Of a stretch of 64,000 nt of DNA, positions 51,700 through 64,000 are shown one piece after another (positions within the stretch are counted from its first letter, which is position 1; each line of letters starts with the position of its first letter). This DNA comes from Nageia nagi (lineage: Eukaryota; Plantae; Pinophyta): the NCBI GenBank assembly GCA_050084985.1, contig JBITNC010000001.1, forward strand, positions 138,632,001 to 138,696,000, given 5' to 3'. The notes beneath the pieces are model-generated. The model was not told the DNA's origin and ran no database searches. It saw only the letters and a list, made by a program, of their open reading frames with translations. The translations under genes were made by a program, and so were the position numbers.

Positions 51700-53700
51700 G
51701 ATGTGAGACATAAATTCTCAAATAAAATTTCAATGATTTTTCTCCAATATGTTTTATATTTTTTATTTAACATACTGCAAAGCACTGAAAACCTTTCATC
51801 TCTTATGAAACCAAAAATCATTATCTAACATAGTTCATATAAATTAAAATACTTTGACATTGAATCTCGTAGAATACTACTTGGATACAACTTTTTCCAT
51901 AATCATGTTATAGAACTAGGCTTTCATGGATTCACTAATTATTTAAATTAACAAAACATTATCACCTAAAAGTTTAGATTTTGAATCAAATCCATTTTCT
52001 CTATAATTCTTTTTATCTCTACACCATTTACTTCAACAATTCTTCCAAAATGAGTTACAATATTCTCCATATGTTTATTGAAAAAAATGACTTGTATTAC
52101 TGTAATTTGATATCAAATTTAAAAAATTTGAATTCACTATAGCCATATCTTCAACCAAATCATCTCTATAAAATCTTTTTCTAATTTCTATTGTTAATGT
52201 ATCTAAAATGCTTCTCACTTAATTCTTGATTTCTGCAAAATTCTTTCAAATTTAATGTACATCATGAGAACTTGGTCAAATTCAATTTTAACAGATGACA
52301 CCACACCCTATCTTTCAAAACAATATAGTGGAATATCAATTGCATTGACATTAATACCAATTCTATCAACAATATTGAATATTAAAAATATTTTGAATTT
52401 TTCACATTTTTCAATGCATCTCGATTCTCAAATAATGGATTTGTAAAATTTGTTTCATACAACCTGTCAATAGTCTAGCATACTCGTTTCCTTTCACTTA
52501 TGAAATCAATTATATATATAGATATTTCTTTATCAATATTGATCAATTTTTTCATTTTATATAACATTAGTATCATTTCACATAATATTAATAATGTTTC
52601 TAATTCTATCATGCAATACAAAAACACCCTAACTCTATTAGCACCTCTTCTATTTTGATAGAAATTTTTAAAAATTTATATTTTCAAATGCTCTTTCTAT
52701 AGGCTTAAACATTGAAATCCATCTAGTGTCCACATGTTTCAACATTCTTTTTCACCAGATTTTTCAAGAGCAAATTGTTGGAATTTCACATTCCTTTGGA
52801 GCTTTTTGAAAAGAATGCATACACCTCATCTATCAAGTCTTCCACTCTAGCCATGCAAGTAGGTATGGTTACTATTTTGTATGCAAGTTTCAATCTATGA
52901 GCCATAAAATGAATAGGGATCATATAATAATAAATGATATTTGGAGTTAAATACAAAGTCTATTTTTGTTTCATTATTGAAGCACCTTATGCACCAACAC
53001 ATATTAGCTTTCTTGCAATTTTCTCATCATCCATATTAGCAATCTCTTTCAAACTATTTACAACAATATTGAAGAGGGCTTTTTAGTTCAAGCTTCTTTC
53101 ATTTTATGTATTGTTAGTAAATGGGGTTATCTAACATGTTCTATAAATATGTAAATATATATACATATCCAATATGTGCTATCTACCATAATTACCTCAT
53201 TAATTGATAAAGAAATGAATCTTGATTTTTTTACACTTTCTTTTAAATCTTCTTTTTCAACCAATGTAAGATATTTTGTCATTTCCCAACCACTTTGACC
53301 AGACCAATGAGAACTTGGAAGGTGCTACACACCTGCTAAATCAAAAAGTGTTTTATGATCATAAAAATTTGTTATTGGCTTTCCTTATTTGGAAGATAAA
53401 AAATAATAGCAAATTGTAAACTTTTTGAAACTAATATTTTTTCTTTTGCTTTTTCGTATTGTGTCATAATTATGCACCATTTTGATTGCAAATTTATTTT
53501 TCTTCTATCATCTTATTGTATTTGATTTTATATTTCTTATGGAAATATTTAGTCTCATCCTTTATGATTTGAACTTTTCTAACTATTCCATCTTGAACTA
53601 TTATTTTCACATATGTCTTTCCATAATATTTTTCAATTGTATCATATTTAAGTTGCATCTTCTATTCCCTTCCTAATTTCCAATAATAAATCTTGTATTT
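51700..53700 (-). mobile_element. hAT-superfamily (ZNF862-like) transposase fossil
   Basis: Minus-strand SHWSGQSGWEM (~53280-53312), ISLSINEVIMVDSTYWICIYI (~53160-53215), PIHFMAHRLKLA (CxxH-type motif, ~52885-52918), KHVDTRWISM (~52710-52742) and dimerisation-region IFGFIRDERFS (~51790-51820). Confidence 0.8.
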
Positions 53701-54529
53701 ACATTCTATTTAGGGATCACTATTCTTAGGAATCATCAGGATAATGAATGAAAATCATGATGATCATTCTTCCTCAAATGATCTACTAATATAGCAATAA
53801 ATTTTTTTAAAAATTTATGAGAAGCACTTCTGACAAATTTTTTTTTTTGGTGATTTTTTATTTCTTTATCATATTCAATATTGTGAATTTCTATTGGAGC
53901 GTCAAAAACTTAGGTTCTTTGTTTTTATGGTTTAAATATTAGCATTATCAAGAATATCATCATAAATATACATTCAAGTGGTGGCCTATCAGAATCAATA
54001 ATATTTTCAAAAATATCTTCTAATGATGGAATATCAAGATCAACAATGTTTTAAAAAATATCTTCAAGTAGTGGCATATCAGGATGAACTATATTTTTCA
54101 AAATATCCTCATGTAATAGCAAATCAGGATCAACTATATTTTTTGCATACAAGTATATTTTTAATCATATGATGACTAAATAAAAATTAAACTATTGATA
54201 TGTAAAAGAAAAATAAAAAAGATACACTAAAGGAACCTGTAACTATTATGTTGTAGGATGCTGATGCCTGCCTATATGTGAAAATTTTTAATTCTCTTTC
54301 ACTTCATTTTTCCAATGGGTGACATTTCTTAGAGATTTACATCTATAGTCACTCATAAATGGGCATCTATAATCCCTCAAAAATGGGCATCTGTAATAAA
54401 AAATTAGCTTTTGAATATTTTGCATAACATAACGAGGAGCATTTATAATTCTTATTACTTAGGTGATGATTGATGGTCATATTAAAAATGAAATAATCTA
54501 CATAACGAGCATATGATTTCCCCAAAAAA

Positions 54530-55018
54530 AGGAGCATCTGCAATTCCCCACATATGAGCATATGTAATTCTCCATAAATAAGCATCTGTAATTCCCCATA
54601 GATGAGCATCTGTAATTTCTCACAAATGAGCATCTTCAATACCACATAGATGAGCATCTATAATGTTGGACAAATGAGCATATGCAATGTTGCACATATG
54701 AGCATTTGCAATGCCACATAGACAAGCATATGCAATTCCACATAGATGAGCATCTACAACCCACATAGACAAGTGCCTATAATCCCACATAGATGAGCAT
54801 TTGCAATCCTATACAAATGATAATTGTAATCCTATATAAATAAGCATCTGTAATATCACATAGATGAGCATCTATAATCTTGCATAGATGGGAATCTATA
54901 ATATCACATAGATGAGTATGCACAATCACTCATAAATGAGAGTTTGAATTTCTTGGTTATCAAACATTTGTAATCCCTTACAAATGAGCATCTACAATCA
55001 CTCATAGATGAGCATCTT
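54530..55018. repeat. ~22-24 bp minisatellite, ~20 units (consensus ~GATGAGCATCTGTAATTCCCACATA)
   Basis: Recurring ATGAGCATCT core. It explains the 8-aa periodic ORF 54367-54657. Confidence 0.9.
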
Positions 55019-55309
55019 ATTGAAATTAAAAATTTGAAATATTGATATATCTGATTGATCTCATAAACTTTATATATAGGGTATAATTGGCAATTTCATT
55101 GGTAAAAATAATTTTATATTTTTATTTTAAAGGCAATTGCTTATGAAAATATAGGTGGTACAAGTGGCTATTTGCACTTATTTTTATAATATATATATAT
55201 ATATATATAAAGCTAACCCATAATTTATTTTTTGTCTTGAAAAATTTAGGCTAAATGGTGTAACATATGAGGTTCAAATTTTTGAAATATTTAAAGATTA
55301 AAAAACCTT

Positions 55310-57425
55310 ATATTAGCCAATTGGTGAATATTCATCGCTATGCATAACATTACTATAGAACCACTTTAGCTTGTGCATTCAATTTGATAGGTCCATTTCA
55401 GACTAAGTTTCTCAAGAGAGCATCTTATATCTTGACCTTCAATGATGAATTTAGTAGGATGACATTTGGTTATATACTTGAGTATAAGGGTTAAACCTTT
55501 AATGGGTTAAAAGATTTCAAAGCCTTAGTTGAAACTTAATCTAACTTCAAAATTAAGATGCTAAGATATGAAAAATAGAGGTGAATATAATAGCAATGAG
55601 TTCAATGTCTATTGTAACAAATATGAGATCAAGAGGTAGTTCATGATCCCTTACATACCTCAATAAAATAAAGTTTCCAAAAGAAAAATAAAACTATTCA
55701 AGAAATGGTTAGGTACATGTTGGAAAATATCCCTAGTTTCTTATAGGGTAAAATTGTGAACACTATGATCTACACCTGGAATAGATTCCCTATGAAAGTA
55801 GTTGAAGGTAAAATCCTATATGAGGTATGAATGAGAAGGAAACCTAACATCGCTCATGTTTAGATTTTTGGTTATGATGCCTATGGCTTAATTATTTATG
55901 AGAAAAGAAAGAAGATGGAAAAGATATTCAAATAGTGCATCTTCATGGGTTATGATTGTCAACATAGTGGCTTTAAGCTCTACTCTCCTTCCTTTAAAGT
56001 AGTGTCCCTCTTGAGGTATGTAAAGATAAATTAGCTTCCTAAGGAATATGCTTCTTGTGAGGAATTGAATAATCTCGATGACTCTTTTGTTACACCTAAC
56101 TAGTTAGATATCAATGTAAATAAGTCACCTTAGGGGAAAAATTCTCCAACATAAAGGATAACAATAAGTATGATCTTGAATAATTTTTTTTTCAAAATTG
56201 ATAGTAAGAATGAGTCCTCATCATTCAAGGAAGCTTTGAAGAATGAATACTAGATGGAAGCCATGAAAGTGGAGTATGAGTCTCTAATGAAAAATCAAAC
56301 ATGGGACTTGGTTTTCTCTCCCAATGAATGAAATGTGATTGTAAATAAGTGGATTTACAAGGTAAAATATAATTCAGTTGGAGATTTTGGGAAATATAAG
56401 GCAAGGTATGTAGTTAAGTGTTTCACTTAGAAATATAGATTTGATTATGAGGAAACCTTTGATCCAATGGTAAAGATGCTCATAATTGGAGTAATCCTTA
56501 CTCTCTCAACAACTCAGGGATGGAAATTTTTTCAACTTGATATCAATAGTACTTTCCTAAACTATGATTTATATGTGGAAATCTATATGAATCAACTAGA
56601 AGGATTTGTTATCAAAGGCAAAGAGTCCCTTGTGTACAAGATCAAGAAGTCCTTGTATGGACTTAAACAAGCACCTAATGCTTGGTATAAAAAGCTTTTA
56701 GGACACTTTGTAAACATTATATTCTTTAAGTGATTTTTCAATTTAGATCTATATGTGCTCAAATAGGGATAAGACTTAGTATTGATTCTTCTTTATATGG
56801 ATGATCTTCTAATCAAGGAAATAATGATGAAATCAGCCAAGAGTGCATATTCATATGTAAGGTAATATTTGGAATGATTGATATTGATCTCTTGCACTAC
56901 TACCTTGATATGCAAGTATATCAATAAAAGATTATACTTACTTATTCAATTTAAGTATATCTCAGAATATTACAAAAGTTTGGAATGAAGGAATGAAAAC
57001 TTATTGTGGTCCTAGTATCTCTAAATCACTCTACTAATTGGAATTCCTCTTTATTTAATTATGTCTAGGCAAATATTTTCTTTGTATTAAATAATATAGA
57101 ATGATTTATGTAAAATTATATGCTAAGCACCTCAATGATGTTAAGTAAATCTTAAGTATGTTGCAGAATGAAGGATCTTGATCTTGACTATTCCAAATTT
57201 TTTTATTTATTCTCTTAGGGTACTTAGATTTTGGCTATGGAGAGATAAAGATGATAAAAAATCAACTTTTGCTTATATATTTAGTAATAGTATAGGTGCT
57301 ATCTCTTGGGCTTTAAGAAGTAGCCTACTATTGCTCTCTCCAACATAGAGAAAACATATCAAGCCATGTCAATCATGGCCTAGAAATCCATTTGGTTTAG
57401 GCATCTTCATAAAGAAATTAGGTAT
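55310..57425 (+). mobile_element. Degenerate Ty1/copia pol (integrase - RT - RNase H)
   Basis: Integrase LTFNDEFSR (~55435). RT motifs EAMKVEYESLMKNQTWDLV, KWIYKVK, DYEETF, QLDINSTFLN, KSLYGLKQAPNAW, LYMDDLLI. RNase H DKDDKKST...GAISW. Domain order is the copia order. Confidence 0.93.
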
Positions 57426-60400
57426 GACCAAACTCACCCATAGTAGACTCACTTCTTAAATATAGTAAATGACATCTAGTTTTCTCCTCACTTTCCCTCA
57501 GAATAACATAGGCAATGAAAGGAATATATGGAGGGGTGAACCATACAAAATATAATGCCATTTTTTTTAACTTATCACTCATATTGGGTAGCACCTTTCT
57601 TTCCCCTATCTTGGGTATGATACCTAGGAAAGTTGGATGCACTTAAAAACTTTCATCTAATGTGCTTCATCATTTGTCTAGAAAAAGGTTGGTATTGCTA
57701 GCCCATACTAATGAGTTGAGGATTCATTTGCCTTAACAATTTTTCCTAGGAAAATCATCATGGAGAGAAATGGGGCTAGATTGGATCTGAAGGTGGGCTT
57801 CATCTTGAAGCTTGTACAATTCCAAGGCTCTTTAGGCTACTTCAGGTTCACTTGTAATTAATGGCTAATGTGCCTTACTCACCATAAAAGATTCATTCAT
57901 CTGATAAATTATTAAAGCATAAATGTCTCTTATATACTATGTCCAATCTATTTCTCAATTCAACATCTCTACCTTAACTAAATATCCATATTAGGTACCT
58001 TAATATGTGTCGCTAGTAAGCTTTGGATACATCTTGCATCTCAATCACAAAACATATTTGGATATTGTACCCTATTAATACATAAGAGTTAGGATGGGGA
58101 AAAAATATATTTCTCTCAATATCAAGTTGGATTATTATAGAGATCATTGGAACTATGCTTTAATGAGTTCACCCTATCGATCCATGGAATGCCATTGAGA
58201 AGCACTCCTTAGGGTGTTCATTGTCAAGTAAAACAAATCACCTTCTTTAATGGTCATAGGGATAGTACTTTCCTCTACATTACATATCAAATGTTATGGG
58301 TAATAAGAGCTATGGAGGATTTCCATGGGTCTCATTATGAACCTAAAACATCGATTCTCATTAAATAATATTGCTCAAAAAATAAGAGTTTGAATTTGAC
58401 CATGTGAAATGGTATGACATAATTGAATCCATATAACTTGCTAAGGCAATCCGTACAAGATTTGAAAAATAAGAGGGAAAAATGAGTTCAATGTCCTTAA
58501 TGGTATTTCATTATAGAAATCAAACTTTGTGACAATTATTTGAGTGAATGAATGGATTATGGATCTATAAAAATTCTCATTAGACCTTATTACCATAAAA
58601 ACTACACTTAACCTCATTAGGGAACTAAACATGGATGTTTATTATTTTGTAAACAAACATGAATTTATACCTTTATAGTATGGAGAAAGGTAACATAAAG
58701 CATGAGTTAATGTGATAAATAATGTATTTTTCCAAGTTAAGATATTATTTTTTTTAATATAATTATTTATAATAGATTATTGTAAAATTATCGAAAAATG
58801 GTAAAATGATAGTTGTTTTTAAGTTAGTAAAATATAATAAATATTTACAAGGCATCTATAGAAGATATAATTATGAGAATTTTATCGAACTTATTTTTCA
58901 ATAGGTAATGGTTAGTTAATAGTCATATTTCTATGAATTAATCTTGCATTGATTTATGCCATTGTGAATGATAAAATCTTACTCTATGATCAAGGAAAGG
59001 AGGTAGCTTTAGAGAAAGATTAAAACCTCTAGAGATCACAAATAGAGTATAAATTAGTTGATTATGGCATTCTTGCACAAAATTGATTGATAGAAAAGGA
59101 ATGCATGGATGAAACATGGTGCATTTAGGGTAGGATGCATTATGTTAATAATAAGAGTGTATTGATCCTCAATTGCTCAAAAACCTTTCTTAGTACTCAT
59201 GACCAACAATTCTTGGATCCTTAAGATGATTGTGAAAAAAAGATGATACCATACACTAATAAATTGAAGACCCTATATGATACAATAATACACAAATGAA
59301 CATTCTAACGTTGATGAAATTAACATATTTATGAAGCTTTATGGAATACATGGTGTATATCATAAAATCATTTTATTAATACTTTAATTATGTATGATAG
59401 GGAAAAAGAGAAGGCTATTGTTATATATATCTATGAAAATAAATGTAGTAATGAAGATAACCATTTTTCTACATGAAAGTATTTATGGTAAAAACTAAGT
59501 ATGATTTATGTTTATGTTTTTAAAGGGATCTAATAATTTATAAGGTTATTTGAAATAAGTGATGTTTTAAAATGATGCGAAAAATCATAATGTCCATAGT
59601 ATTATTATTTATTTAAAAATTATGATAGGGTTAGTTTGATAGAAGAATTGCTCTAGAGAAATGGTAAGCCTACAAACAAATAGTAAATCAAAATAAGAAT
59701 TAAAAGGATGATAAAAGAATTAGGGTTTGAAGATTTACTAAGAACATGGATATCTTAGTGATCATGATGATTGCACTCTAGCATGAAACTAGTTAAGAAA
59801 CATTCAAATGTGATGATAAATAGCAATCAAAGGATTAAGATATTAGCAAACATAGGTTCAAGATTAGTGTAAGTAAAAGATTTAATGAGCCACTAAACCT
59901 AGCCTAATGATTATAGGTTGAATAATTACTTTAAAATGCAAAGTAGGATACTCATTGTGAAAGGAAAATGTTACTCAAGTAAAAACTAAAGCATGATCAT
60001 CATGGGAAACTACACTTAAGTGAGGTGGGTTTGCATGGTGAACATACCCTAGTACTTAACTAGGATGATGATATCTAGGTATACTATGAAGAACTAAAAT
60101 ATATTATCAATGTGGGATATGTGTTGTATTGTTATTGACCCTCATATAAGAATTACTCATGAAAAAAAGGGTATGAAAATTTAGGGTTTAGTATAGTGGG
60201 TAGCATAACAACATCAAATATATCAATTGTATTTAAAACTATACATGTTATATCTAATTATCATTTATCCTAAATACTCATTGTTTGATGGTCTTCACCA
60301 TTGAAAATATCAGTAGCTTTCATTAAAAAAAAAAAATAGCACTTAAAAAAAATCCAATTATAATCATATATGCCTTGTTTTGGCTTCAAAAAAGCATATA

Positions 60401-62272
60401 GTAAACAACATGCTTGAGCTCACTCACTACTGGAAAGGTGTAGTAGAATGTACCTTTACTTATTATTAGCCTAATTTAGAAGTAAGTATGTTAAGAACCC
60501 TTTGAGGTTGAGAGATATGCTATTCTAACTAAAATTCAATGGTCATAGGAAACTAAGGAAAATGTATTGAGCTCAAAACTTAGATTTATGTTAGTTAGCT
60601 TTAGTCCTTCAGTAACTGCAAAAATTCCAATTACAAATGGACATCACAATTAACATATGAAATGTGAGTTTGGTCTTTTTTTATACAAGGGATATAAAAT
60701 GACTAATATTATAATTAAGAAATATTTTCTTCTTTTCTCACAAGCTCCAAAAGAGTTCTTACGTTCTTTCAAGCTCTTGCAAATACAAGCAATAAAATAA
60801 CATTCTCCTTATTACAATTATGAGCCTAAATGGATCAAATCAATAAGAATATGCATAATAGATTGATTTTAATATCAATCGCACCTTCATTGTTGGATTA
60901 TTTAATTATTAAATAATATTTAACAACATTTTTACTACTACTTTAACAAAAGAGGGCAAATAAAAACATCACAAATCCAAACATAAAAATAAGAGGACAA
61001 ATTTAATGAGGTTCACCCAAAGTAGACTATGTATATATAGAAACTATCAATCCATTTCAATTCCTTCTCCAAGAAATAAAGATATACATCAACAACATAA
61101 CAATGCTATAATCCTCCTCTTTAGTACAATAAACCTCACTATAACAATCTCTCACTCTCCAATAATATCTAAAACAAACTACAGTGTAATTTAACATCAA
61201 GGCAATCAATGCTAAGAATCAAAAACCCTTTCCAACAACCAAGCACAACCTGTTGAGGAATATTTCCTCAACTATATGAATACCTTACAGAAAGTCTAAT
61301 GTACATAAAAACTATAATATATTTGCATAATGGTCGAAAGATCCCATCTCAATTTATAATTTGATCTATTTTGTATACTTATAAGTTATATTTAATATCA
61401 TCTCATATTCATATAGGCACAATCCCATCATAGCTTGGATGAATGCTATGTATCACCAATTTTCTTTCCTCACTATTGATAATATAGTTTTATTTTTTAT
61501 TTTTTTGTCAATACCTATGGTTCTCAACCCTAGCTCTTTCTTGGATGATACTTTCAGTCCCATTGACATATTTTTGATCACTCATGGATATTAAAATATA
61601 TTTCTATTTCTATTTATTTTCTCTTACACTACCATTACAAACATCAAATATACCAAAGAACAAAGATTACATACATATATAAATTAGTTGGCAAGAAATG
61701 AATTTATTTTCTTTATCTTAATATTTAGAAGAGGAATAAATTATAAGAATGTGAGATAGTCCTTTATTTTCTTTTGTGTTAGATGAAATCACAAATCATA
61801 GTTTGGCTAAGTACCTTATAGTATATGGTACATTTTTAGATTCAAAAGAGTGGAACCACCATTTTTATAGTTAATAACTTTTAAATATTTATATTGGAAA
61901 ATAAAAAAATTAAATGATGCAATTAATAATTTAAAATATGAAAGGGGACTTTTAAGTGCATCATCAATGGTTGGAAATTAAAATATATTTATAACACTTT
62001 TAAAAATAGATGTACCAAATTTCATTACATTGTTCATCATGAAGTTTTAGAAGCAACATATGCTTATAAAAAAAAAAACTTAAAATATTATATGTTGAGA
62101 AATAAGCTAATAAAATTTACTCTTGAGTCTAAAATTGTACCAAAGGACATAATGAGATTCTTGCCTTACAAGAGCTTTGCAATTATGAGATTATTGCCTT
62201 CATATATTGTTATCTTAAACAAACAACTTTTCATTTTCATGAAAATATTTCCATATTCCATGACTAATATTC

Positions 62273-63180
62273 AGGGTAAGTGCAAGAAGATGAGTCCACT
62301 TTGGGAAGAAGTTTTATGAGGTTTTTGTATTTGTTTAATAAATTTTTATTTTTTTTGGAATTATAAAAAAAATATATTCACAAGTTAAATAAAAAATAAA
62401 TTAAAAATGATAGGTTTTATTGAAATTATGCGTTACCAGATACAAGCAATTTTTGAAATGATAATCATGGCTAATTAAAAATTAATAAAAAAATAAAATA
62501 TTCATTAAAAAAATATAAAAAATATCCTCCACAATATTAAGTGTCTTATTTATCTTTAACCAAAAGGATTTAAAAAGATATTTTAATTTAGGTCCAATTA
62601 TGCTTGATGGACATGATGGGTATGGTTTTGAATTTATATTTTTTAAACAATTAGTTTTGTATTTGTTTAAAATATTTTATCTTTTTGGAATTGTGAAAAA
62701 AATAATATATGTGTACAATTTGCATACAATTAATCACATGATAAAAAAAACAAATTAAAAATGATAAGTTTAGGTCAAATTATGCTTGGTGGACATGAGT
62801 AATTTTCAAAATGGTTATCATAGTCATTAAAAAATTAATAAAAAATAAAATATTCATGGAAAAATTACAAAAAAATCATCCACAATATTTAGTATCTTAG
62901 GTATATTTTCTCAAAAGGATTTTAAATATATTTTAATTTAAGTCCATTATGCTTGCTGAAATAATGGGAGTATGGTACTGAAATTGTATTTTTTAAATAT
63001 TGGCTTTTAAATAGGCCTAAAATATTAATTTAGAAATAAATTTTTACATAAGTGACCTTTTTCAAGAATCAAACTCTAAATGGTTCAAATTTTGAGATCA
63101 ATTTTGAGAAAACCTAAAAATTAGAGAAAATACTTCCACTTTTTTGCCAAAAGTGGGACTCATCTTCTTGCACTTACCCT
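62273..63180. mobile_element. Non-autonomous TIR DNA transposon (~908 bp), possibly PIF/Harbinger type
   Basis: 25-bp perfect terminal inverted repeat AGGGTAAGTGCAAGAAGATGAGTCC, extending imperfectly inward. It interrupts a sequence that is contiguous at 1505-1530. Internal ~335-350 bp duplication. TSD imperfect (TTC/TTA). Confidence 0.8.
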
Positions 63181-64000
63181 TTAGGTTCTCATCAATTTAT
63201 GACTCTCTCCTTGAGAGATGAAAGGAGGAAAACATCCATTTGGCATGATGAATATGAAATTTTTTATTAAGCAATGATTGTCTCTTATTTTTAGATGGTA
63301 TTATATATGTTTTATTTCATGAACTTATAATCATATCATTTTATTTGATATAGTAAGGTTTACATTTACTTACATAATTTGGTACTACTATTTAATTTGT
63401 ATAAAGACTTGGTTTTTATTATTATTTTCATTCTAACTTTATGTTTAATACTAAGAATTACCAAAAATATTGGTTGAAAATTATTTGTAGTTTACTTTAA
63501 CTCTTTATAAGTTCCAAATTCAATTTGTAGGAAAGAAGAGATCTAGTTCGCTGACATCCCTCTTCCCTTGTAGAAAGGAGGATCAAGATTATCATCTAAA
63601 AGAATTTTTGTTTACAACATTATTAAGTGATGTTTAATTTTGATTGGATAGAAATTTTTATATTATAATACCAATTGTATAAAATATATCAATTATGTTT
63701 AAAACCAAACCCTTCATCTATTGATTTTATTCAATTTTGATAAACAAATATAACTTTGATATTGAACTCAGTACTTCTATTTTTGTATAAGATATATATT
63801 CTTATTAAATTATTATTATCTAAATGTATATTGTATGATTATATGCATCATATTATATTTGTCAAAATACTCCAAACATAGGTAGATTGTATTCATAGTA
63901 GATAAAAATGTACGATATATAATGACATAATATAGTTAATTAAACTTTAAGGAAGATGATATACATGAAAAATTTTGATGTGGTATTTTTTAAGCTGCTT

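Noticed and set aside
54367-55018. Repeat array as a CRISPR array or a repeat-protein gene (ORF 54367-54657)
   Set aside because: Units are contiguous and degenerate with no unique spacers and no cas genes. The context is eukaryotic and variable unit length breaks the frame.
57430-58700. Possible retroelement fragment on the minus strand
   Set aside because: No diagnostic domain motif recovered in any frame.
1-64000. Inverted gene copies or hairpins (siRNA/miRNA source), tRNA or rRNA genes
   Set aside because: All gene copies are direct repeats. The only long-range inverted repeat I saw is the TIR pair at 62273/63180. No RNA gene signature was seen by eye; no folding or covariance search was run.

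Overview
AT-rich, CpG-depleted eukaryotic DNA. The transposon types and the gene family point to a large-genome land plant, probably a gymnosperm (inference). No intact host gene, RNA gene or CRISPR array is visible. The core is a tandem array of five minus-strand, apparently intronless copies of a DUF241/DUF793 (BPS1/ROH1-like) gene in two lineages: A at 137-1078 and 27709-28583, B at 8424-9387, 34534-35502 and 41638-42477. All five are disrupted as written. The array was built by nested duplications: a ~10-11.7 kb A+B block (1-11717 ~ 27573-37861), a third partial unit (40388-46152) and a recent 2.53 kb tandem duplication (35508-40564). Four gene-less 5'/3' flank remnants mark further lost or partial copies. 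The rest is decayed mobile DNA: a duplicated LINE (ORF1, APE, RT), a CACTA terminus, a Ty3/gypsy gag-protease element, two Ty1/copia remnants, a hAT transposase fossil, a ~0.9 kb TIR element and several minisatellites. I found no convincing new biological system. The best lead is the BPS1/ROH1-like array: both lineages truncate independently at mid-protein, and one copy of each keeps an open N-terminal half. The ~6.9-9.9 kb interval looks like low-quality consensus. Transposon boundaries are approximate.
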